Shown here: piece after piece, positions 57,028 to 64,000 of the stretch | Layout of the letters: every line of letters begins with the position of its first letter | Numbering within the stretch: the first letter of the stretch is position 1 | DNA from: an uncultured Bacteroidales bacterium | Lineage (GTDB): Bacteria > Bacteroidota > Bacteroidia > Bacteroidales > GCA-2748055 | DNA length: 64,000 nucleotides | Reading direction: 5' to 3' | Assembly (NCBI GenBank): GCA_963809925.1 | Contig: CAWELH010000010.1 | Location: 261,387-325,386, forward strand | The notes under the pieces: generated by a model | Databases searched by the model: none | What the model was told of the DNA's origin: nothing | The model's input: only the letters and a program-made list of their open reading frames with translations | Translations under genes and position numbers: made by a program

Positions 57028-58407
57028 TTAATATTTTATTATTTTTTCAATTTTATTTTTTCTGATCCAGCTTCTGATAATTTGTCTGATTTCCCTGGTA
57101 TCCGGAGCGTGGGTTACACATGATTTCAGATCTTCGACCTGTAGGTATGATGCTGAAATGTCCAGAAAGCCAAAGCCTTTGTACAGTCCGTTCTCAATGA
57201 CGATCACAGATCGTTCTTCAGCCGTGCGGCCTCTGTCGATCATGATAAGATTTTCATCGTCAAATTCCACGGAATCCAACAGCTTTTTTGCCCGTTCGTT
57301 ATACACAGATTTTGCTTCTGCACCTACACATGCTCCATTGCACTGCCTGATACTGTAATGGAAGCATGCACCCTCAGTCTGGTACATGCCCGACAATTTC
57401 TGGCATAGCCAGTGTTTCTCTATCTTTTCGGCAAGCCAGACTTTTCCTTCTTTGTTGTTGTTAAAAGTTATGTGCGGAAGTTTGTTTTCCGAACCAGTTT
57501 TGAGGATCCTGAAGTTCAGGTATCCGTTCTCGTCATATTTACTATAGAGTCCCCATGCTGAAGAAGTCCTCCGTTGTGCCCTGTTGTACCTCGGTTTGAA
57601 TTTTTTGATTTCCTCCGATTCCTTAAGTAGGGCTACCAGTTCGCTGCCGGTAATCTCATAAGAAATCCCGGCGATCCGTTCGCTCATCTCCGTCGACCTG
57701 CGACTGCTTTTGTTACCGAGATGACCAAGTACCCGGGAATGGATGTTCTTGCTTTTTCCTACGTAGATCAGGTTCCCTTCTGAATCATGAAAATAATATA
57801 CACCGGTGGCCGTCGGAACTTCAGATATCTGATCCGGGTTCAGAAAGCCATTAAGATTTTTCAGTCTTCCTTCAGGTTTGATCATTAATGGAAGCTCATT
57901 CCCATTCAGACTGTTTTTTTCGAGAAGAATCTCGAAAAGCCTGACAGTGGCAAATGCATCGCCCGATGCCCTATGTCTGCCATTGATAGAAATTGAAAGT
58001 TGATCACAAAGTTTTCCAAGGCTGTATGACCTGTAACCTGGTATCAGTTTCCGACTTAGTTTTAGTGTACATAAGGTCTTTCGCTGATAATCATATCCCA
58101 ATTGTCTGAACTCTTCCCGGATAAAGCCATAATCGAAATTTACATTGTGGCCAACGACAATACAGTTCTCGGTGATCTCCACAATCTGCCTGGCAACTTC
58201 AAAAAACCTGGGAGCATCAGCAACCATTTCGTTTGTGATTCCAGTCAGACTCGTGATGAAGTAGGGGATGTTCTTCTCCGGATTGATCAGTGTTGAAAAC
58301 TCATTCACAATTTCCTGACCGTTATGAACATAAACGGCGATTTCAGTAATCTTCTCGTATTTGGGACTACCTCCGGTAGTTTCAATATCCAACACTGCAA
58401 AATTCAT
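57028..58407 (-). CDS. DEDD 3'-5' exonuclease (DnaQ/epsilon-like) fused to a GIY-YIG nuclease domain
   Basis: ORF track extends to 58425; an ATG lies at 58407 (MNFAVLDIETTG… ExoI motif). The central segment GVYYFHDSEGNLIYVGKSKNIHSRV is a GIY-YIG motif. Confidence 0.85.
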   Translation of the reverse strand: MNFAVLDIETTGGSPKYEKITEIAVYVHNGQEIVNEFSTLINPEKNIPYFITSLTGITNEMVADAPRFFEVARQIVEITENCIVVGHNVNFDYGFIREEFRQLGYDYQRKTLCTLKLSRKLIPGYRSYSLGKLCDQLSISINGRHRASGDAFATVRLFEILLEKNSLNGNELPLMIKPEGRLKNLNGFLNPDQISEVPTATGVYYFHDSEGNLIYVGKSKNIHSRVLGHLGNKSSRRSTEMSERIAGISYEITGSELVALLKESEEIKKFKPRYNRAQRRTSSAWGLYSKYDENGYLNFRILKTGSENKLPHITFNNNKEGKVWLAEKIEKHWLCQKLSGMYQTEGACFHYSIRQCNGACVGAEAKSVYNERAKKLLDSVEFDDENLIMIDRGRTAEERSVIVIENGLYKGFGFLDISASYLQVEDLKSCVTHAPDTREIRQIIRSWIRKNKIEKIIKY

Positions 58408-58448
58408 CGAGCAAAATTTTCTCAAAAATTAAAAAAAAAAGCCCGATC

Positions 58449-58724
58449 TTATTCGGACTCATCCTTTTTTTCTTTGGGTTGTTTAGGTCCTGTATTTTTT
58501 GGTGGTGTTTTTTTCGGATTCTCAGCCACTTCCACTTTCGGAGGAGCCGGAGTTCCGGGTACTGCCTTTTGCACAGTTGCTTTCGCTGATTCTGCAACCT
58601 CTTCTTTCTCTTCTTTTGCAGGAGGCGGAGTGTACTTTATTTTAGTGTTATGTTTAGGTCTGAGTTTACCAAATGAACCGGCAAAAAATTTTCCGCGTCT
58701 TGTTTTAATATCACCTTTACCCAT
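58449..58724 (-). CDS. Thx-like 30S ribosomal protein with long Lys/Pro/Glu-rich C-terminal extension
   Basis: The ATG at 58724 gives MGKGDIKTRRGKFFAGSFGKLRPK…, closely resembling Thermus Thx ([24 protein letters not shown]). It is followed by ~65 aa of low-complexity K/P/E sequence. Confidence 0.7.
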   Translation of the reverse strand: MGKGDIKTRRGKFFAGSFGKLRPKHNTKIKYTPPPAKEEKEEVAESAKATVQKAVPGTPAPPKVEVAENPKKTPPKNTGPKQPKEKKDESE

Positions 58725-58855
58725 GATTGGTCGGATTAAGTTTAAATAACCTGTAAAGGTACATAAAATATTCATAAGGTTGCAGTTGGGGTTTCAAGTA
58801 ATACGTCGGGGCACCTTAAATCTTTTTCATATTATTTTCAAAATATACCTTCTTC

Positions 58856-59317
58856 CTATACTCCGGATTTTAGAAAATCACGGTATTCTTCATAAAATGC
58901 TTCAATTTTCATCATGTTTTTATAGAAAAATGTAAAGACCTTCGGCCAACATTCGGGATCGTATACGTTGACATTTTGTATTTCAAGACCGGTGCGACTT
59001 ATTGATTTACCATTGGCCAGCAGGTGTTCCAGTTCCCAGTTGAGTTCCTGATTCATCGATTTGTGAAATATTGTTTTAAGCATCTCAAGTCTGCCGAACA
59101 ATTCCAGCCGTCGGTCTACATTTCTGGTTTCAATATCAATACCGACAAAAGCTTTGTGTTCGTCAAACTCAAATTTCAGCTTAAGTTGCCTAATTCCGGT
59201 ATTGTTCATGATCCATTTTGCCGGCATCCCCTTCTGTCGGCGTCTGACGCTGGAGTAAGACTTGAAGCGGTTCCAGAATTCAAGCCTGCTGTTTTTTTTC
59301 TCTTCCGGTGAATACAT
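58856..59317 (-). CDS. DUF4268-like protein (function unknown)
   Basis: ORF track starts at a TTG at 59359; the first ATG is at 59317 (MYSPEEKKNSRLEFWNRF…). Family assignment is from memory of the EFW… N-terminus and is not verified. Confidence 0.55.
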   Translation of the reverse strand: MYSPEEKKNSRLEFWNRFKSYSSVRRRQKGMPAKWIMNNTGIRQLKLKFEFDEHKAFVGIDIETRNVDRRLELFGRLEMLKTIFHKSMNQELNWELEHLLANGKSISRTGLEIQNVNVYDPECWPKVFTFFYKNMMKIEAFYEEYRDFLKSGV

Positions 59318-59359
59318 ATTTTCTGCCGTGTTTATTCGATGATTTCCAACAATATCCAA

Positions 59360-59779
59360 TCAGTCAGGATCCATATATTTTCTGCGGGCTTTCCTTTCAG
59401 CCGTGACTTTCTTTTCTGTTAATCTTTTTTCTTTTGAGGCTTTGGTCGGTCTGGTCGGCTTGCGCTCTATCAAAGGTTTTAATGCTTTATCGATAAGGGC
59501 ATTCAATCTCTCCTCGGCCTTGCGGCGGTTGTCAAATTGTGTCCGTTCCGATTGGGATACAACGATGAGTTCATCATCTTTTGTGATGCGCTTTGCCAGC
59601 TTTTCTCTCAGCGTTTCTTTCTCTTCCTCGCATAATATTTTAGAGGCTCCGATGTTGAGACGCAGTTCAACTCTCGTATTAACCTTATTGACATTCTGTC
59701 CCCCGGCACCACTACTTCTCGTAGCCTGAAAACTCAGCTCTGGAGCAAAATTCCGCATTTGTTCATCATTGTTGCTCAT
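59360..59779 (-). CDS. arfB: alternative ribosome-rescue factor ArfB (peptidyl-tRNA hydrolase, GGQ)
   Basis: GGQ motif (RSSGAGGQNVNKVNT) and a basic C-terminal tail (…RKPTRPTKASKEKRL…) as in E. coli YaeJ. A start at 59779 puts GGQ at residues 26-28 and gives 139 aa, matching YaeJ. Longer starts at 59830 and 59908 are possible. Confidence 0.85.
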   Translation of the reverse strand: MSNNDEQMRNFAPELSFQATRSSGAGGQNVNKVNTRVELRLNIGASKILCEEEKETLREKLAKRITKDDELIVVSQSERTQFDNRRKAEERLNALIDKALKPLIERKPTRPTKASKEKRLTEKKVTAERKARRKYMDPD

Positions 59780-59986
59780 ACTTTTTCGATCTGCTATTCT
59801 TAGTTCCCGGTTCTTGGCTGGCTTCGACATAATCTTCTGATCAGAATGAAGACATAACAAGGTAATGAAAATAGAGGTCAACTTCATTGTCAAACATACA
59901 TAAATCATTCATTATTAATGGGTTACATATGTTTATTAACAATAATAATTTAGGACAGATTTGTACTATTTTCTTTCCTTATTGTA

Positions 59987-59994
59987 CAAAAATA
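59987..59994 (-). promoter_or_regulatory. candidate -7 promoter box (minus strand TATTTTTG)
   Basis: Plus-strand CAAAAATA within TTGTACAAAAATACAA, upstream of arfB. Confidence 0.3.
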
Positions 59995-60261
59995 CAATTT
60001 CCCGTTGAGAGGGAGGCCAGAAATACAGCTGTTTTTGTCTTTGTTGGAAAAGTCATTTGAGATTAATATGCGTCTGCAGGGAAAAGGGTACAAGACTATA
60101 CGGTTTCACATCAATCAAATATTCAGTAAAGGTTATTTATGCTGAGAAAAGCAGTCATTATGGTGTTTGTATACGCTGGACACTTTACTTTTTTGGCATT
60201 GGCACAGGATTAGCGTTGTCTTAATCCTGACTGTAGGGGAGAAATTGAGGTAGAGTTATTG

Positions 60262-61002
60262 TTAAGGTGTAAACATCGACAGATCGTAGATTCCCAGTTT
60301 TTTCTCAACCTGAGCTACCTTATCCACCATGGTCATAAAACCGTCTTCGCCGAACATGTCATGCTCTTTTTTCTCGAAATCCTCACCCAGGGCATAGAAT
60401 TCTGAAGGGCTGACAATTTTTCTGATACTAGGAAACAGGATGGTATCCTCCCTGGCCTCATGTGGACGATACATTCTGATAAATTCCGTCATAAGGCCGG
60501 CAAGTTTTATTTTTTCATCCTGGGTGGTAATCAGTCCCATGTTTCCATACCCGATGATCTGTTCCGTCACATTTCTTCCGGCGGTATGCTGCTTCCGAAG
60601 AACACTAACGAGGTCAGTAAGAATTCCAGCTTTTTCAAACCTCGGGAAGAGATGGTCTTCCTCAAGTTTTTCATGATAATCCTCAATAAAATGACGGATG
60701 ATGCCTGCAACAGTTTCCAGTAGTGCCGGATCAAAATCATCATGTGCGCTCAGCTTGTCGATCAGATTCTCATAGACCAGCAGCATCCGGTTTAACAAAC
60801 CATGTTCGCGCATCAGGTCTTCCGGGGGACTTACGCCGATTTCTTCTTCACTATCCTCATCTTCACCTGCGTTTTCCTTTACTCCCTGCGAATTGCAGGC
60901 GGTGATAATAAGCGGGGAGGAACCGGCAGCTATAATCAGGGCAGCCTGTTTAAGAAAATCTCTCCTTTCGAAATTTACTTTGGAAACGGATTCTTTTTTC
61001 AC
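60262..61002 (-). CDS. hemerythrin-like domain protein with Tat signal and lipobox
   Basis: The ORF is open to a GTG at 61074. No ATG precedes the twin-arginine motif (ERRDFLKQAALIIAAGSSPLIITAC), so a non-ATG start such as the GTG at 61002 is required. The C-terminal part has hemerythrin-type His/Glu-rich helices (…HFIEDYHEKLEEDHLFP…, …HEAREDTILFP…). Confidence 0.7.
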   Translation of the reverse strand: MKKESVSKVNFERRDFLKQAALIIAAGSSPLIITACNSQGVKENAGEDEDSEEEIGVSPPEDLMREHGLLNRMLLVYENLIDKLSAHDDFDPALLETVAGIIRHFIEDYHEKLEEDHLFPRFEKAGILTDLVSVLRKQHTAGRNVTEQIIGYGNMGLITTQDEKIKLAGLMTEFIRMYRPHEAREDTILFPSIRKIVSPSEFYALGEDFEKKEHDMFGEDGFMTMVDKVAQVEKKLGIYDLSMFTP

Positions 61003-61082
61003 GACGATTAAGTTAAAAGATTTTACATTGGCCAACTGGCATTGTGGATCAATAGCTGATATTTCAGCATTCACAGCTTTTA

Positions 61083-61577
61083 TTATCCATCAGGGTCATT
61101 GTCTGGTGCAGTGCGGTACATAACAGTGAAGAACCGGTCGAACGACCATCTTCCGCCTCCGGTTATAATCAGAAAGAGACTGCCAAGGAACATGGCAAAA
61201 TCGGTGCGGATCTCATGGGCCATCGGCCAGAATCCGTAGCTCTTAAGTTCATGGAGATTGAAGGTGCCGTAAGCATGCCCGAGAAGGATAGGAATTTTTG
61301 TAACGATTATAGCGACCGAGATATTAAAAAGCATAATAATGGCCGCAGGACGGGTCAACAGTCCGAGAAGGATACAGATACCGCAGATAGTCTCAAAAGT
61401 GCCTGACAAGCCGGCATAGAAAGCCGGATGAAGAAATCCGATACCGGTGAATCTGCCGGTACCCAGAGCCTCTGGGAAAATGAACTTTTGAAGGCCTTCT
61501 GATAAAAATACCGCACCAACCATTAATCTGATCAGAATGACGGCACTATTGGAGGAGGTCGACAGTAAATGTCTCAT
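61083..61577 (-). CDS. DoxX family membrane protein
   Basis: 164 aa with four hydrophobic helices and a DoxX-like sequence (…RLMVGAVFLSEGLQKF…). Confidence 0.78.
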   Translation of the reverse strand: MRHLLSTSSNSAVILIRLMVGAVFLSEGLQKFIFPEALGTGRFTGIGFLHPAFYAGLSGTFETICGICILLGLLTRPAAIIMLFNISVAIIVTKIPILLGHAYGTFNLHELKSYGFWPMAHEIRTDFAMFLGSLFLIITGGGRWSFDRFFTVMYRTAPDNDPDG

Positions 61578-61775
61578 GATAATAAAAAGAAATCAAGGAT
61601 TCACGTTTAGAATTGTACTCCCCGGTTAAAAGGCAAATTGTAAGATAAACAAGCAAGTTAGAGAATTGTTGGATGGTTACTGGTGAGCTGCAAATCACCT
61701 GTCGGCAGGGTAAATTCATCTTTATGATGATGGACCGAAGGTGGCTGGGGAAATAAATGGAACTAAAATAAAAGG

Positions 61776-61970
61776 CTAAAGGTTATTATCCTTCCTTGTA
61801 GAGACTCTCCTTTTTTCGATGAAAGGCCTGATTACAATCTCCTCACCACAGGACGGACAGAAATAGATCTCACATCCCATGCAGGCAAAGCAGTTACCGC
61901 ACGACCTTTCCAGGTAATCCCTGTTAGCTTTGAATCCACAGTGAGGACATGTCAGTATTGTTTTTTCCAT
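61776..61970 (-). CDS. small Cys-rich zinc-ribbon-like protein (hypothetical)
   Basis: 64 aa with eight Cys as CxxC…CxxCxxCxxC…CxxC and a basic tail. Coding status is uncertain. Confidence 0.45.
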   Translation of the reverse strand: MEKTILTCPHCGFKANRDYLERSCGNCFACMGCEIYFCPSCGEEIVIRPFIEKRRVSTRKDNNL

Positions 61971-62149
61971 ACATACAATTCCAGAGCGGTAAAAATAGTG
62001 AATTTACCCGAAGAGAACCATCAATAGGATAGGGTGAAAGGATTTTCAAACGGGATTGCTTATCTTTCCGCAACAAACTAAAAAAGCCTGAGCAACATTG
62101 TGAATCAAAATGAGAAAAACCGCTTTCTAACCTAATTACCTCAAATGCC

Positions 62150-64000
62150 ATGAGAAAAAGCCTGTTACTTTTCACCTGGATTCTTACGTTCGTCTCCATT
62201 TCGTCCTGTACTCATAGAGCAGATACCTGGGAATTGCTCTCTCCCGAAGGCAGGATCAAACTTGTTGTCGACTTGAAGGGGAATGCTGCTGCTCAGCCTG
62301 AATACGCTGTATATTTTGTCAAGGGAAATACTGAAACGGTGGCTCTGGAGCCTTCTGTACTTGGTATTCAAAGAGATGATGAGCAATTTACAGATCATCT
62401 GATATTTCTTAAAAGAACCGATCGCGAGGTGGATGAGAACTATACGCTGATAACCGGAAACCGTCTTCAAAACAGGAACCATGCCAACGAGATGATCCTT
62501 TCTTTCAGAAATGAGAAGGGCAGCACTATGGACATCGTGTTCAGAGCGTATGAGGATGGATTTGCTTTCCGATATCATTTTCCAGGTAATCCGGGTGTTA
62601 TTCATACCATCGAAAATGAGTTTACATCATTTCACCTGCCGGAGAAGGGCAGAGCATGGATTCAGCCCTACGATTCCGTATCCTGGTGGGCACCAGGATA
62701 TGAGCAGTTTTTTGACAATGGCACACTGATCGGAAGCCCAAGTCCGGCGAACCGAAACGGATGGGCATTTCCTGCGCTTTTTAATACAAATGGTTTATGG
62801 ATACTTCTGTCTGAGGCGGATCTTGACAGCGCCTATTGTGGAATGCATTTATGTGACAATCCGGCGAAAGGGATATATACACTCCGGTTCCCGGAAGTCA
62901 ACGAAGCTTTTGACAGCACCGGACAGCAACCCATGTCATTGCTTCCATGGTCAACACCATGGCGTTGCGGCATTATTGGAGATAATCCCGGAACAATTGT
63001 TACTTCGTCGCTTGTCACCGATCTGAGCCGTCCTTCGGTTATTCAGGACATTTCCTGGATCAGGCCGGGCAAAGCAAGTTGGAGTTGGTGGTCGTCACAA
63101 AACCGCGGCCGCGATTTCAATGTACTGAAAGAATACGTAGATCTCTCCGCAAATTTCGGATGGGCTTACTCTCTTGTCGATGCCGGATGGGGCAGAATGG
63201 ACAATGGCAGTCTTGCTGAACTTACCAGGTATGCTGATACAAAAGATGTAGGAATTTTGGTGTGGTATGATTCTGGAAGCAGGATAAAGATAGGTCGCTC
63301 GGATGCGAAAAGCAGTCTATATTACTCAGATGCAAGGAAAAAGGAGTTTGCCTGGTTGAAGGAGATTGGAGTAAAAGGAATAAAGGTTGATTTCTTTCTA
63401 AGCGATAAGCAGGAAACCATAAAACTCTACCTGGATATTTTAAAGGATGCAGCCAATGCGAATCTTGTTGTCAATTTTCACGGCTGCACTATGCCCCGGG
63501 GCTGGAACAGGACTTATCCCAATCTCCTTACGATGGAAGCTGTAAGAGGAGCCGAATCATACCGTTTCGACAAAAGCTTTCCTGATGGAGCTGCCGTGTT
63601 AAACACCATCCTGCCTTTTACAAGGAATGTTACCGGGCCGATGGACTATACTCCCGTAACCTTCTCGGATGTAAATTATCCACATACCACAAGTTTTGCA
63701 CATGAACTGGCACTTTCGGTAATATTTCAGTCAGGTATTCTTCATCTTGCGGATGCGTACACAAGTTATATGAATCAGCCAGCTTTTGTTCAGGAATATC
63801 TCAGAATTGTGCCGGTGAGCTGGGATGAAACAAGGCTGATTGAAGGCACTCCGGGTGAAAAGGTCATCCTTGCCAGGCGTAGTGGCGAACGGTGGTTTAT
63901 CGCTGGAATCAACGGACAAAAATCAACGGTGAAGGTAACCCCGGATCTCTCTTTCATCGGTACCGGGAAAACTATAAAGCTGATTACCGATGGGGCCGAC
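62150..64000 (+). CDS. glycoside hydrolase family 97 (SusB-like alpha-glucosidase family) lipoprotein, 3'-truncated by window edge
   Basis: Not in the ORF track because it has no stop inside the window. Hand translation from the ATG at 62150 is open for 617 codons. Signal/lipobox MRKSLLLFTWILTFVSISSC. GH97-like blocks: …SWIRPGKASWSWW…, …GIKVDFF…, …NFHGCTMPRGWNRTYPNLLTMEAVRGAE…. Confidence 0.8.
   Translation, partial: MRKSLLLFTWILTFVSISSCTHRADTWELLSPEGRIKLVVDLKGNAAAQPEYAVYFVKGNTETVALEPSVLGIQRDDEQFTDHLIFLKRTDREVDENYTLITGNRLQNRNHANEMILSFRNEKGSTMDIVFRAYEDGFAFRYHFPGNPGVIHTIENEFTSFHLPEKGRAWIQPYDSVSWWAPGYEQFFDNGTLIGSPSPANRNGWAFPALFNTNGLWILLSEADLDSAYCGMHLCDNPAKGIYTLRFPEVNEAFDSTGQQPMSLLPWSTPWRCGIIGDNPGTIVTSSLVTDLSRPSVIQDISWIRPGKASWSWWSSQNRGRDFNVLKEYVDLSANFGWAYSLVDAGWGRMDNGSLAELTRYADTKDVGILVWYDSGSRIKIGRSDAKSSLYYSDARKKEFAWLKEIGVKGIKVDFFLSDKQETIKLYLDILKDAANANLVVNFHGCTMPRGWNRTYPNLLTMEAVRGAESYRFDKSFPDGAAVLNTILPFTRNVTGPMDYTPVTFSDVNYPHTTSFAHELALSVIFQSGILHLADAYTSYMNQPAFVQEYLRIVPVSWDETRLIEGTPGEKVILARRSGERWFIAGINGQKSTVKVTPDLSFIGTGKTIKLITDGAD

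Overview
This 64-kb window looks like a chromosomal segment of a Bacteroidota-type genome. The lineage call rests on TAnnTTTG-type promoter boxes in place of Shine-Dalgarno sites, a TonB-dependent receptor with a CarboxypepD_reg N-terminus, a GH97 lipoprotein and many Tat/lipobox signals. It is mostly core metabolism, with about 50 supported protein genes and one tRNA.

Gene content, left to right:
- A complete hisGDCBHAFI operon in the enteric gene order, preceded by a 21-codon His-rich leader peptide and a terminator/antiterminator.
- M13 peptidase, ornithine aminotransferase and a TonB-dependent receptor.
- iorAB and a DUF4301-like gene.
- A phosphate-type locus: lipoprotein, porin-like barrel, and a PiT transporter with a PhoU-like tail flanked by two paralogous kinase-less OmpR-type response regulators.
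- A pta-hbd-ackA-ptb-buk fermentation cluster.
- A DUF1338 (HglS-like) gene near a 979-aa YdiJ-like FAD/Fe-S oxidoreductase.
- A DAACS symporter, pyrD, and two tandem Tat-signal Gfo/Idh/MocA paralogs.
- tRNA-Lys(UUU) next to a sulfatase gene remnant.
- An exonuclease/GIY-YIG fusion, a Thx-like ribosomal protein with a long tail, arfB, a Tat-lipoprotein hemerythrin with DoxX, and a 5'-partial-window GH97.

I saw no rRNA, CRISPR, transposase, integrase or phage genes.

The structure least explained by gene annotation is a family of mosaic intergenic repeats built from 8-bp-period tandem arrays (CTYCCTAA, TCCATMAC, ATTTGTTG). They sit at three loci (about 8.85-9.82 kb, 43.58-43.85 kb, 49.34-49.58 kb). 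One locus also carries three copies of a 70-nt core, and another adjoins a roughly 1-kb ORF-free, very AT-rich region. All functional calls come from my own recognition of protein motifs; no database search was possible.
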